From: an uncultured Clostridia bacterium
GTDB taxonomy: Bacteria > Bacillota > Clostridia > Oscillospirales > QAMX01
Assembly (NCBI GenBank): GCA_944380935.1
Contig: CALWJF010000027.1
Coordinates: 4,082-68,081, forward strand
Reading direction: 5' to 3'
Length of the DNA: 64,000 nt
The translations under genes were made by a program, and so were the position numbers. Each line of letters begins with the position of its first letter. Within the stretch, counting starts at the first letter, position 1. Below are positions 1 through 9,315 of this stretch, piece after piece. The notes beneath the pieces were generated by a model. That model saw nothing but the letters and a program-made list of their open reading frames with translations. It did no database searches and was not told where the DNA came from.

Positions 1-1
1 G

Positions 2-493
2 ACAATGGGCGTAGGTAAGACTACGGTCTGCAAGCTGCTCAAGCAGCGGTTGAATGCCAGTGTTTTTCTGGATGCCGACGCATTGTGGGATATGCATCCT
101 TTTGTCGTCACAGAAGAGACAAAAGCGATGGTTATGAACAGTATCCATTTTGTGCTCAATGGATTTGTGCATTGCAGTGCTTTTGAGAATATTATTTTTT
201 GCTGGGTAATGCATGAAAAATCAATATTAGATGCGGTGATCGACGGCTTGGATACGAAAGACTGTATGGTGATTCCAATTTCCCTGACCTGTACGCCGCA
301 GGCGCTGCGTCAACGTTTTTTGCAGGATGTGAAAATGGGTATACGCAAACCGGATGATGTTGAACGATCCTTAGCCCGGCTTGCCTTGTATGCAGCTTTG
401 CCGACGCGGCATATCGATACCAGCTGCAAAACGCCGGAAGAGGTGTGTGAGGAGATTCTACTGCCGGATTCAACGTATGTTTCCGGCAGCTGA
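2..493 (+). CDS. P-loop NTPase (AAA/kinase-like), probably 5'-truncated by the window edge
   Basis: ORF 5..493. Walker A GVGKTT lies directly after the first Met and the frame is open back to position 2. No other family motif recognised. Confidence 0.45.
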   Translation, partial: TMGVGKTTVCKLLKQRLNASVFLDADALWDMHPFVVTEETKAMVMNSIHFVLNGFVHCSAFENIIFCWVMHEKSILDAVIDGLDTKDCMVIPISLTCTPQALRQRFLQDVKMGIRKPDDVERSLARLALYAALPTRHIDTSCKTPEEVCEEILLPDSTYVSGS

Positions 494-626
494 GATTCGA
501 CCGCGCGCGGAATGATGGCGCCTGCATTATGGACGTTTTGTAACCGCACGGCTGCATAAAGCGGTGCGGCACATTTTTGGCTGCCGTGCGTGCGGTCTGC
601 CCGGTTTCGCGGGTAAAATGGTTCAG

Positions 627-663
627 GAAAAAGGCGGAAAGCAATAAGCTTTCCGCCTTTTTG
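627..663. terminator. bidirectional intrinsic terminator between convergent genes
   Basis: Stem GGCGGAAAGC-aataa-GCTTTCCGCC (633-657) with an A-run upstream and a T-run downstream. Confidence 0.6.
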
Positions 664-697
664 GATTCATAGGAGACAGCAAATGGTTGGCGGCATT

Positions 698-1090
698 CTA
701 TTCCCAATCATCAGCCGGCTCATCATCTGGATCTTCTTCATTCATTAATTCATTTATCCGAATTTTTCTGGAAATTTTCATTTCTTCTACTTGGTGGTGA
801 AGAAGCTCTTTAACTTCGACCGGGTTGCGAATATTTTGCAGTTCAAAACGCGGCGTAGTCTGGTCGGAGGAAAATACAACTACCGTGCCGACGCTGAAAA
901 GACGTTGCCATAGGGTCATTTTTAGCCCGATATCTCGTACCCGGTATAGTAAAATCTCTTCAAAATGCAGGTTCAGCAATCCTTTTTTTAAAAACAATCG
1001 GTCTTCGGACAACGAGTAACGGGTAAAGGTAAGGGGCATGCCCAAAATCCTTTTTCGATCTTTCCACAGAAATTCTATTCTGGTATCCAT
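698..1090 (-). CDS. bacterial PH-domain (bPH_2, YdbS/YdbT-like) protein with acidic C-terminal tail
   Basis: 130-aa ORF. The segment LSEDRLFLKKGLLNLHFEEILLYRVRDI...VGTVVVFSSD...ELQNIRNPVEVKELL resembles the bPH_2 fold family. No TM segment. Confidence 0.5.
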   Translation of the reverse strand: MDTRIEFLWKDRKRILGMPLTFTRYSLSEDRLFLKKGLLNLHFEEILLYRVRDIGLKMTLWQRLFSVGTVVVFSSDQTTPRFELQNIRNPVEVKELLHHQVEEMKISRKIRINELMNEEDPDDEPADDWE

Positions 1091-1131
1091 TGCCGGCGCC
1101 CTCCTTTTGCAGCTCCAGTATAACGCTGCTT

Positions 1132-1593
1132 TTATTGCCGGTCAAGTGGTTTTTCCGGGTCTTTTACCATTTGCAGATAGGGAAGTAATTCGTATCCCAT
1201 TGCTTTATACAGACGCATTGCGCCATCATTATCCGGTTCGATTTCCAGACGGATACGCTGTACACGCGGTTCGATATGATCCTTAAGATAGGCAAAACAG
1301 GCGTGCCCAAGACCGCGGCGTTGGAAGGCCGGCTGGATATAGATTTCTTCCAGCCAAGCCACTGTACCGCCGCATTCATGGGAAAACATATAACTTAAAA
1401 GCATGTAACCGGCTGTTTGGCCGTCGCATTCAATAAAATAACACTCAGCAAACTCCTGCGAACGCATTAGTTCCTGCCAGATGGCCTCGTGGTAAGATTC
1501 TGGGATCGGATGCAAAACCGCGTTGCTTGTGTAGAACGCATGGGTCATTTCCAAAAAAGCGGTTTTGTCAGAAGGGGTAACTTTTCGTATCAT
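1132..1593 (-). CDS. GNAT family N-acetyltransferase
   Basis: Acetyl-CoA motif IQPAFQRRGLGHACF. Start chosen at MIRKVTPSD because its ATG overlaps the stop of the upstream gene (ATGA at 1590-1593). Confidence 0.75.
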   Translation of the reverse strand: MIRKVTPSDKTAFLEMTHAFYTSNAVLHPIPESYHEAIWQELMRSQEFAECYFIECDGQTAGYMLLSYMFSHECGGTVAWLEEIYIQPAFQRRGLGHACFAYLKDHIEPRVQRIRLEIEPDNDGAMRLYKAMGYELLPYLQMVKDPEKPLDRQ

Positions 1594-2759
1594 AGACTCT
1601 CCTTTTCTTCTAAACCGGCAAATGCTGCCGCATATTGACGCAAATCGGCTTTTCCCTGATATCGGATAAACGCTGCGCGCTGGGCCGTGCATAGGATCAG
1701 ACACTGGACAGTGCCTGCATTATAGGTGGCCGGCGTGGTATAATAACGGATATAAAATTCGCCGTTGGACCAGAGAAGTTCGCCTTCCGGGGCCGATTCC
1801 GGCGTCAGTTCCTGTGCCAGTTGAATATTCAGCGCGGGAATGGAGCACAGGTAGCAATCGACGTTCAACTCAATATCCGCATCCATATCGCTTTGGGTAA
1901 GGTCATAGGATAAGGGAACAATAATATCGCGCGTAATACTTACATAATTTGCGAAATCAGAGCCATTCATATAAAATCCGCCGGGTTGTGCTTCCGGAGA
2001 GAGCGTACTTAATAAGGGGAAGGGAAGCACTTCATCCTGCGCAATTGTATGCGTATCGGAACGGCCGATGCTTGCGAATAAAAAGATATACCAGGAAATG
2101 GATAGAAGAATCACAAGGCAGGTCGCGATCCGGCGCAGCGTCAGCTTCCATATGGAAAAATGCTGGTTGCGGCGGGGCGGGAGACCTTTTTTCAGCCGGT
2201 GCCGAAAGGAAAGGACGCTGCACAATTGCCGCAGCTCCACCAGAAATCCGAGAAGAACCAGAATGGCGACATAAAGCACACGCCAGAATCCGCTCTCTAA
2301 AAAACTGAGTAACGGATGTTCGAAAGAAAACGTAAGTACCAAAATCAAAGTCAGTAAGCCGAAAAAAAGCGTATTGCTCAGTATAAATTCCCGGATCACG
2401 CGGTGTGTGGTACGGCGGATCACCTGGGCGTAAAGGTCCGGATCGGAATGCGGTTCCGGCGCAGCGCTGTCCAGTGTGCGAAATGTATGGAACATCCGTC
2501 CGAATGTACCAATATATTCCCAACCAGCCGCTTCATAGAGTTCGCAAAGCGCATCGGGAGGATCTTCTTCATGCTTCCCCGCAGGTTCCAAGCGGACCCG
2601 GCAGACACCGGGTTGGCTTTTTTCACACTTGACCAAGAGCGGAGAATGGTAAACTCGAATGGGGATTAACCCGCGCTCTGATAAAGACGACAGCCAGCTT
2701 TCCAGGTTTTCCACTTCGTACAGTTCAAATGGTACCAGCTGATAACATGTTTTTCCCAT
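1590..2759 (-). CDS. DUF2812-type membrane protein (usual PadR partner)
   Basis: 389-aa ORF. The N-terminal region YQLVPFELYEVENLESWLSSLSERGL is DUF2812-like, with central TM helices. Its start overlaps the padR stop by 1 nt. Confidence 0.65.
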   Translation of the reverse strand: MGKTCYQLVPFELYEVENLESWLSSLSERGLIPIRVYHSPLLVKCEKSQPGVCRVRLEPAGKHEEDPPDALCELYEAAGWEYIGTFGRMFHTFRTLDSAAPEPHSDPDLYAQVIRRTTHRVIREFILSNTLFFGLLTLILVLTFSFEHPLLSFLESGFWRVLYVAILVLLGFLVELRQLCSVLSFRHRLKKGLPPRRNQHFSIWKLTLRRIATCLVILLSISWYIFLFASIGRSDTHTIAQDEVLPFPLLSTLSPEAQPGGFYMNGSDFANYVSITRDIIVPLSYDLTQSDMDADIELNVDCYLCSIPALNIQLAQELTPESAPEGELLWSNGEFYIRYYTTPATYNAGTVQCLILCTAQRAAFIRYQGKADLRQYAAAFAGLEEKESL

Positions 2760-3070
2760 TAAAATCCCTCCTTGACAGCGTCTGCAACACAGGTTTTTAA
2801 ACGCGTCAATTCTTCCTCGAACAGGCTTTGCCCATGCGGTGTAATTTTGTAAGTGCGTTTGCGCCCGGATACTTCGGTTTCCTCGATTAACCCTTCGTTT
2901 TCAAACTTCCCTAAAATGGTGTATAAAGTACCCGGTCCGAGGATTACGCGCTCTTGTGTCAGATTCCGGATATGTTCCGAAATATCGGTCCCGCACATTT
3001 CTCCCCGTCGGAATGCCAGCAGGACATAGAACATCGATTCCGTTAAATTGTCCAGCATTTTTTTGGGCAT
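2759..3070 (-). CDS. PadR family transcriptional regulator
   Basis: Winged-helix PadR signature MFYVLLAFRRGEMCGTDISEHI...GPGTLYTILGKFENEGLIE. Start at MPKKM, preceded by GGAGA. Confidence 0.85.
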   Translation of the reverse strand: MPKKMLDNLTESMFYVLLAFRRGEMCGTDISEHIRNLTQERVILGPGTLYTILGKFENEGLIEETEVSGRKRTYKITPHGQSLFEEELTRLKTCVADAVKEGF

Positions 3071-3082
3071 TGTAGCATCTCC

Positions 3083-3114
3083 AATATCGTTTCTCAATAT
3101 CGATTAACGATATT
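3083..3114 (-). promoter_or_regulatory. candidate PadR operator
   Basis: Perfect palindrome AATATCG-attaa-CGATATT (3096-3114) overlaps the -10 box. An extra AATATCG half-site lies at 3083-3089. Confidence 0.4.
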
Positions 3115-3140
3115 ATAAACCATGGATAAGAATCTGTCAA
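3112..3140 (-). promoter_or_regulatory. sigma-70-type promoter of the padR operon
   Basis: On the minus strand TTGACA (3140-3135), 17-nt spacer, TATAAT (3117-3112). Confidence 0.6.
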
Positions 3141-3145
3141 GAGGC

Positions 3146-3197
3146 AATAAAAAACCCCATTTTGAAACGTTGTTCACCTTTCAAAATGGGATTTTTC
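3146..3197 (-). terminator. intrinsic terminator after the ABC exporter operon
   Basis: 12-bp stem CCCATTTTGAAA/TTTCAAAATGGG (3156-3190) flanked by A/T runs on both sides. Confidence 0.65.
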
Positions 3198-3293
3198 ACT
3201 TTGTGATCTGAAATTATAATACGAAAACGTCGGCTACAGGCCCGTAAACGTCAGATTTTCAGACCTGCTGCTGCGTTTGGGAATGGAAACTTT

Positions 3294-5333
3294 TTATTCG
3301 GACTGTTTGAGGGAGCCGGTATAGAGCTGATAATAAGTACCGCCCTGTTCAATCAGCTGTTCATGGGTGCCGCGCTCGATAATATGGCCGAGTTCCAAAA
3401 CCATAATTACGTTCGAATTTTGGACGGTAGACAACCGGTGCGCAATAACAAAGACCGTACGGCCTTCCATCAGACTGTCCATACCTTTTTGAACCAGTAA
3501 TTCCGTACGTGTATCAATCGAAGAGGTTGCTTCATCGAGGATCATAACAGGCGGATCTGCGACGGCTGCGCGCGCGATAGAAATCAGTTGGCGCTGCCCC
3601 TGGGACAGACCGGAACCGTCGCCTTCCAGCATCGTATCATATCCATCCGGCAGCATGGTGATAAAGTTATGCGCGTTGGCCAGCTTTGCTGCATGGATTA
3701 CTTCTTCATCCGTTGCATCCAGTTTGCCGTAACGAATGTTATCGCGTACTGTGCCGGTAAAGAGGTTTACGTCCTGTAAAACGATACCAAGACTGCGGCG
3801 CAGGTCGGGCTTTTTAATTTTGTTAATGTTGATATCGTCATAGCGGATTTTACCGTCTTCGATATCGTAGAAACGATTAATTAAATTGGTTATGGTAGTT
3901 TTTCCAGCCCCGGTAGCACCGACGAAGGCGACTTTTTGTCCGGGCTTTGCATAAAGGGTGATATCATAGAGAATCTGTTTTTCCGGGACATAGGAGAAGT
4001 CCACATTGGTAAAGGTAACCTTCCCCTCCAACTTTTTATAGGTCAGTGTACCGTCGTGATGCGGATGCCGCCATGCCCAAATTCCGGTACGGGTATCCGA
4101 TTCGGTCAGCTCACCATTTTCATCGTATTTGGCATTGACAAGAGTAACATAGCCTTCATCTTTTTCAGGCTCTTCGTCCATAAGCTTGAAGATACGTTCG
4201 GCGCCCGCCAGTGCCTGGACAATTGCGTTGACCTGCATGGAAATTTGCTGGACAGGCATGCCGAAGTTGCGGGAAAGCTGTAGAAAAGCCACAATGTTTC
4301 CAAGCGTCAGGCCGCCGATGCCGGAAATAGCCAATGCACCGCCGACAATGGCAATAACCACATATTGCAGGTGCCCAAGGTTGGCCATAATCGGGCCCAT
4401 CATATTAGAAATGGAGTTTGCACGCATGGCGCTTTCGCACAGCTCTTCGTTGCGGATATCGAACTCATCTCTACAGGTATCCTCGTGACAGAAGACCTTA
4501 ACGACTTTCTGGCCTGTAACGATTTCCTCAATAAATCCATTGACCGAACCGAGCGCCTGCTGCTGTAGAGTAAAATATCCTGCACTGCGGCCGCCAAGTT
4601 TGGACGTTATCAGCATCATTCCAAAAACAAAAACCAACGCTAAAAGTGTCAACCAGATCGATAGTGTAATCATGGAGACAAAGACAATCAAAATGGTCAT
4701 AAATGAGGAAATCAGGTTGGGAAGGGAATTGGAAATCAGCATGTTCAACGTTTCAACATCGTTGGTATAACGGCTCATGACATCCCCGAAGGTATTGGTA
4801 TCGAAATATTTAATCGGAAGGCTTTGCATATGGGAAAACATCCGGTTTCGCATATTGCGCATACAGCCTTGAGAGACCGAAACCATGATTAGAGCTTGAG
4901 AATACGTAGCAACGATGCCGATCAAATAGATAATTGCCATATTTCCAATGGCTTTTGCGATGCCGGTAAACACGGGATTCGCATCTTTCATCAACGGCAG
5001 GATATAATCATCAATCAGATCGCCTAAGAACAGCGCACTTTTGGAGCTGGCAAACGCAGATAATATCGTGCAGGCAATAATGAGAATCCATAGTGGCCAA
5101 TAAGGCAAAATCACGATTTTGGCCAGCCGTATAGATGTTTGCTTTGGATTGCTCAGTTTTGCACGCGGACCGCCACCCCTGCGCGGGCCGCCGGGACCAC
5201 GTCCGCCGCCGCGCATCTGCTGGGCCTTTGCCGCACCGGCGCCAACATTTCCCATTGCACGTCGAGGCTGGGTTGTTGCGTTTCCTGCCGCCGAAGGTGC
5301 GGGCATTTTCTTCTTGGTTTGGTTATTCATCAT
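3294..5333 (-). CDS. ABC exporter fused permease/ATPase subunit (heterodimer partner B) with Gly/Arg-rich N-terminal tail
   Basis: 679 aa. Contains a six-TM domain, Walker A GATGAGKTT, signature LSQGQRQ and Walker B ILDEATS. The N-terminal stretch is RGGGRGPGGPRRGGGPR. Confidence 0.9.
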   Translation of the reverse strand: MMNNQTKKKMPAPSAAGNATTQPRRAMGNVGAGAAKAQQMRGGGRGPGGPRRGGGPRAKLSNPKQTSIRLAKIVILPYWPLWILIIACTILSAFASSKSALFLGDLIDDYILPLMKDANPVFTGIAKAIGNMAIIYLIGIVATYSQALIMVSVSQGCMRNMRNRMFSHMQSLPIKYFDTNTFGDVMSRYTNDVETLNMLISNSLPNLISSFMTILIVFVSMITLSIWLTLLALVFVFGMMLITSKLGGRSAGYFTLQQQALGSVNGFIEEIVTGQKVVKVFCHEDTCRDEFDIRNEELCESAMRANSISNMMGPIMANLGHLQYVVIAIVGGALAISGIGGLTLGNIVAFLQLSRNFGMPVQQISMQVNAIVQALAGAERIFKLMDEEPEKDEGYVTLVNAKYDENGELTESDTRTGIWAWRHPHHDGTLTYKKLEGKVTFTNVDFSYVPEKQILYDITLYAKPGQKVAFVGATGAGKTTITNLINRFYDIEDGKIRYDDININKIKKPDLRRSLGIVLQDVNLFTGTVRDNIRYGKLDATDEEVIHAAKLANAHNFITMLPDGYDTMLEGDGSGLSQGQRQLISIARAAVADPPVMILDEATSSIDTRTELLVQKGMDSLMEGRTVFVIAHRLSTVQNSNVIMVLELGHIIERGTHEQLIEQGGTYYQLYTGSLKQSE

Positions 5334-7068
5334 AATCCCCCATTCCTTTCAGCTGCGATTCATATACCTCACGGTATATTTCATTGTTTTTCAAAAGTTC
5401 CTCATGTGTACCGTATCCATTTATGTAGCCGTTGTCCATTACAATAATATGATCGGCATGCTGAATGGAGGAGACACGCTGAGCAATAATAATTTTGGTG
5501 GTATTGGGAATTTCTTCGGCAAATGCATGCTGAATTAATGCATCTGTACGGGTATCGACAGCACTGGTAGAATCGTCAAGGATCAAAATTTTTGGCTGTT
5601 TCAAAAGGGCTCTTGCAATACACAGACGCTGCTTCTGACCGCCGGAAACATTGGTGCCGCCCTGTTCAATCATGGTATCATAGCCATCCGGCATTTCGCG
5701 GATAAAACCGTCGGCCTGTGCCAGCCGGCATACCCGTACGATGTCCGCATCGGAAGCATCCATATTTCCCCAACGGATATTATCGCGAATTGTGCCGGAG
5801 AAGAGCTCATTTTTCTGCAGGACCATAGCGACCGCTTCGCGCAATGTGCGAATGTCGTATTCACGTACGTCAATACCGCCGACCCGGACAACGCCTTCAG
5901 TCGCATCATATAAGCGAGGGATTAACTGTACAAGCGAAGACTTGGAAGAACCGGTTCCGCCAAGGATACCAATGGTCTGCCCGGGGCGGATATCCAGATT
6001 GATATTTTTGAGTACCAGATTTTCCGATTTTTTACCATACGAAAAGTTGACGTTTTCAAACTGGATGCTGCCGTCTTTAACCTCCGTCACAGCCGAAGCC
6101 GGATTCTGGATATCCGGCTGCTCATCGAAGATTTCGCAAATACGTGCTGCGGAAGCGCGGGACATGATCATCTGAATGAGGAACATGGAAACCATCATCA
6201 GACTGGACAGGATCTGCCCGGCATAGCTGATAATACTGGTCAGATCGCCGGTGGAGAGATCGGAACCGCCCGAACTGATAATCAGCTTTGCACCGAACCA
6301 GGAGAGGAGGAGCGTACACAAGTACATGGAAAACTGCATCAAAGGATTAATGGTCGCCATACGGCGTTGCGCACGGGTAAATCCAGTATAAATCTCATTG
6401 GATACGCCATTGAATTTTTGAATTTCATGGTCTTCGCGGACGAAACTTTTTACGACGCGGATTCCACGCAGATTTTCCTGTACAATGAGGTTAAGTTTGT
6501 CGTAAGTTTCAAAAACTTTTCGGAAAATCGGATGCGTGGTAAGGCTGACATAGCAAAGCCCGAAAGCAAGAATCGGGACGCAGATCAAAAAGATCAGGGA
6601 AAGCTTGACATTGATGGTAAAAGACATCAACAGAGAAAATAAGAGCATAAACGGACTGCGCAGCGCCATACGGATCAGCATCATAAATGCCATCTGTACG
6701 CGCGTAACGTCCGTGGTCAGACGCGTGACAATACTGGCCGGGCTGAATTTATCAATATTGGAAAAGGAAAATGTCTGGACTTTATGGAACAGGTCATGAC
6801 GGACATTTTTTGCAAAACCAGCTGATGCACGCGAAGAACTCCAGGCGGCAAAAGCTCCGAAAAACATGGAAAACAGCGCACAAACGACAAGAACTGCTCC
6901 CATTTTAAGGATATAAGACATATTACCCGGTTCAATTCCGTAGTCGATCAGTTTTGCCATCAACATGGGGATTAAAACCTCCATCACGACTTCCAAAATG
7001 ATCGAAATAGGGGCGAGAATGGCATAGGTTTTGTATTCTCGAATACATTGGGCAAGGCGTTTGATCAT
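5323..7068 (-). CDS. ABC exporter fused permease/ATPase subunit (heterodimer partner A)
   Basis: 581 aa. Walker A GGTGSSKSS, signature VSGGQKQR, Walker B ILDDSTSAVD. Overlaps both the marR stop and the next ABC gene. Confidence 0.9.
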   Translation of the reverse strand: MIKRLAQCIREYKTYAILAPISIILEVVMEVLIPMLMAKLIDYGIEPGNMSYILKMGAVLVVCALFSMFFGAFAAWSSSRASAGFAKNVRHDLFHKVQTFSFSNIDKFSPASIVTRLTTDVTRVQMAFMMLIRMALRSPFMLLFSLLMSFTINVKLSLIFLICVPILAFGLCYVSLTTHPIFRKVFETYDKLNLIVQENLRGIRVVKSFVREDHEIQKFNGVSNEIYTGFTRAQRRMATINPLMQFSMYLCTLLLSWFGAKLIISSGGSDLSTGDLTSIISYAGQILSSLMMVSMFLIQMIMSRASAARICEIFDEQPDIQNPASAVTEVKDGSIQFENVNFSYGKKSENLVLKNINLDIRPGQTIGILGGTGSSKSSLVQLIPRLYDATEGVVRVGGIDVREYDIRTLREAVAMVLQKNELFSGTIRDNIRWGNMDASDADIVRVCRLAQADGFIREMPDGYDTMIEQGGTNVSGGQKQRLCIARALLKQPKILILDDSTSAVDTRTDALIQHAFAEEIPNTTKIIIAQRVSSIQHADHIIVMDNGYINGYGTHEELLKNNEIYREVYESQLKGMGDYDE

Positions 7069-7529
7069 AGCGTACCTCCATCCTGATAATGTTTGGTATC
7101 CAGGTTTTTTTCGATTTTTTTGATAATATGTAGAAAAGTGTCGATTTCTTCCTGCGTCAAACCTTCGGCAATTTTCCGTTCGGTTTCCCGAATGGTTTGC
7201 ATTACATACTCATGACTGGAAATTGCTTTGGGTAAAAGGATAATTTTTTTCAAGCGGGCATCGTGGTAAACACTTTCACGCTTTATATATCCGTTTTTTT
7301 CCATCAATTGCAGTATGTTGGTCATAGTAGAACGACGAACGGAAAAGACGCTTTCCAAATCCCGTTGGAATACATCTGCGTCCCGGTGTTCGTATAAATA
7401 ACCAACAACCCAGCCTTGTAAACCGGTGAGCCGTTCGACAGGGTTCAGTTCTCCCAGCGATTCACGGAAGCGCTTGGCCAAAACGTCGGCGGTACGCAGA
7501 TGAAACCCGATGTGTTCGTCTCTTCCCAT
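7065..7529 (-). CDS. MarR family transcriptional regulator
   Basis: 154 aa. Winged-helix segment FSVRRSTMTNILQLMEKNGYIKRE. ATGA overlap with the downstream ABC gene. Confidence 0.85.
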   Translation of the reverse strand: MGRDEHIGFHLRTADVLAKRFRESLGELNPVERLTGLQGWVVGYLYEHRDADVFQRDLESVFSVRRSTMTNILQLMEKNGYIKRESVYHDARLKKIILLPKAISSHEYVMQTIRETERKIAEGLTQEEIDTFLHIIKKIEKNLDTKHYQDGGTL

Positions 7530-7548
7530 AATACCTCCCCCGTAAAAA

Positions 7549-7575
7549 TGTTAGCCTACTAATTGTTAGCCGACT
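7549..7575 (-). promoter_or_regulatory. candidate MarR operator (direct repeat)
   Basis: TGTTAGCCTACT (7549-7560) and TGTTAGCCGACT (7564-7575), 15-nt period, lying between the -10 box and the marR start codon. Confidence 0.35.
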
Positions 7576-7578
7576 GAC

Positions 7579-7607
7579 ATTATAAATGCGGCATTTATCT
7601 TTGTCAA
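7579..7607 (-). promoter_or_regulatory. sigma-70-type promoter of the marR-ABC operon
   Basis: On the minus strand TTGACA (7607-7602), 17-nt spacer, TATAAT (7584-7579). Confidence 0.6.
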
Positions 7608-7635
7608 GCCTTTTTTTGCCTTTACGGGGACGGTG

Positions 7636-7673
7636 CAAAAGAAAAACCGGACGGCATGAAAGCTGCTGTCCGG
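7636..7673 (-). terminator. intrinsic terminator after the cysteine desulfurase gene
   Basis: Stem CCGGACGGCA...TGCTGTCCGG (7647-7673), followed on the minus strand by TTTTTCTTTT. Confidence 0.55.
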
Positions 7674-7722
7674 CGCGGATTTTCCGTATCTATATTCTGC
7701 GTATAGAAAGCGGAAGGCCAAA

Positions 7723-8892
7723 TTATTCCTGCTTATGCTGTGCCCTATCCCGCCATGCAGGCTGAAGAAAGCGCAGGAAAGCAGCGGTTTGTGTCAAGGC
7801 CTGAACGATTTTTGGGATATCCGAAGCTTTGGACTCTCTTCCAAGGCTGATGCGGACAGCGCCAAGTGCAACATCGGGCGGGAGCCCAATCGCACGCAGG
7901 ACATGGGAAGGTTCGTGCAATCCTGCCGCACAGGCAGAGCCGGGGGAAACGGCGATCCCCTTCTGATCCATCAGCGTAGCAATGTTTTCTCCTTCAATCA
8001 TGGAAAAGGAGAAATTTGCAATTCCGGGCAACGTCGTGGCTGCCGTTACATTATTACGTACGCATGCAATGCCGGCAACACCTTTTTCAAGCTGTGCGCG
8101 CAGTTCGCGCAGCCGGGAAGCTTCGCTGTCGATTTCACAACAGGACAATTCCAACGCCTTTGCCATACCGACAATGCCGGCAACATTTTCTGTTCCCGCA
8201 CGCTTTCCCCATTCCTGCGCCCCGCCGGTCAGCAAGGCATGCCAGGGCGTACCACGCCGGATGTATAGAATGCCGACGCCTTTCGGTCCGCCGAATTTAT
8301 GCGCGGAAAAGCTGGCCAAATCAGCGCCACAGTTTTCCAGATCGAGCGGGAGATGGCCTGCCGCCTGGACACAGTCGCAGTGGAACAGCCCGCCGCGTGC
8401 ATGGACTTGTTTTGCAATTTGCGCAATTGGCTCCACTGTTCCGATTTCATTGTTGGCGTAGTGGACACTAACAAGCGTATCGGAATCGACTTTCTCCGCG
8501 ATTGTATCCGGATCCAGCAGCCCGGATCCGTCCGGAATCAAGGTTTGTGTGGCAACGCCGCGTGCGTGCAAATCATCCAACGTATGCAGCACGCTATGAT
8601 GTTCAATGGCAGAGCAGGCAAGGCGTTTTGCTCCACCGGCGTCCAAGACGCCGCGAATAGCGCTTACGTTGCTTTCTGTACCCCCTGAAGTAAAGAAAAT
8701 CTCATCGCATCGCGCTGCGAGTACAGCGGCAATGGTTCTGCGGGCGTTTTCTACTGCCTTGCGTGCTTGTGTACCAGCACGATGAAGAGAAGAAGCATTT
8801 CCAAAACGCTGCTGCAGCCAGGGCAGCATGCTTTCAAATGCTTGGGGAATCAGCGGGGTAGTTGCCGCGTAATCTGCATAAATCCAGTCCAT
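7723..8892 (-). CDS. cysteine desulfurase, NifS/IscS-type class V aminotransferase
   Basis: 389 aa. PLP-lysine motif SAHKFGGPKG and catalytic-Cys loop SPGSACAAG. Confidence 0.85.
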   Translation of the reverse strand: MDWIYADYAATTPLIPQAFESMLPWLQQRFGNASSLHRAGTQARKAVENARRTIAAVLAARCDEIFFTSGGTESNVSAIRGVLDAGGAKRLACSAIEHHSVLHTLDDLHARGVATQTLIPDGSGLLDPDTIAEKVDSDTLVSVHYANNEIGTVEPIAQIAKQVHARGGLFHCDCVQAAGHLPLDLENCGADLASFSAHKFGGPKGVGILYIRRGTPWHALLTGGAQEWGKRAGTENVAGIVGMAKALELSCCEIDSEASRLRELRAQLEKGVAGIACVRNNVTAATTLPGIANFSFSMIEGENIATLMDQKGIAVSPGSACAAGLHEPSHVLRAIGLPPDVALGAVRISLGRESKASDIPKIVQALTQTAAFLRFLQPAWRDRAQHKQE

Positions 8893-9045
8893 AAAGCGAG
8901 CCCTTCTTTTTTGCCTTTTTCTCTATTGTAACACAGCATGCCGCATAATCCCATAAAAAAGTAAGAAAAATTGTGACGCTGGCCGGTAGGAACATGGAAA
9001 ACCAGAGAATAAAAAAACAAACCCTGCTGTTTTTCTAAAATTTAG

Positions 9046-9075
9046 TTGACACGGCGAAACATTTTGTTATATAAT
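9046..9075 (+). promoter_or_regulatory. candidate promoter of the rpmH operon
   Basis: TTGACA (9046-9051), 18-nt spacer, TATAAT (9070-9075). Confidence 0.5.
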
Positions 9076-9147
9076 GGTGGACGCATGGTCGTGGGCGTTT
9101 TGCGTCTAAAGTGCCGTGCCAACATAAGATTTATGGGAGGAACGAAG

Positions 9148-9282
9148 ATGCTTAGAACCTATCAGCCCAAAAAGCGTCAGCGTAGCCGCGAGCACGGCTT
9201 CCGCAAGAGAATGGCAACGAAGAACGGCCGTAAGGTATTGGCCCGCCGCCGTGCTAAGGGCAGAGCACGTCTGTCTTACTGA
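9148..9282 (+). CDS. rpmH: 50S ribosomal protein L34
   Basis: The internal Met of ORF 9046..9282 gives the 44-aa product [50 protein letters not shown] lies upstream. Confidence 0.95.
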   Translation: MLRTYQPKKRQRSREHGFRKRMATKNGRKVLARRRAKGRARLSY

Positions 9283-9315
9283 TTCCCGAAACCGGGAAAG
9301 CCCGGGGAGGGTTTT

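Noticed and set aside
192-707. 171-aa minus-strand ORF overlapping the 3' half of the P-loop gene and the intergenic terminator region
   Set aside because: It overlaps a motif-bearing plus-strand CDS and two terminator hairpins. The translation is Ser/Ala/Arg/Pro-rich with no motif. It is judged spurious.
8893-9147. Possible oriC / DnaA-box cluster in the nifS-rpmH divergent intergenic region
   Set aside because: I found no TTATCCACA/TGTGGATAA-like 9-mers and no AT-rich unwinding repeats there. The only close match in the window (ATATCCACA at 22679-22687) is a single site inside tmk.
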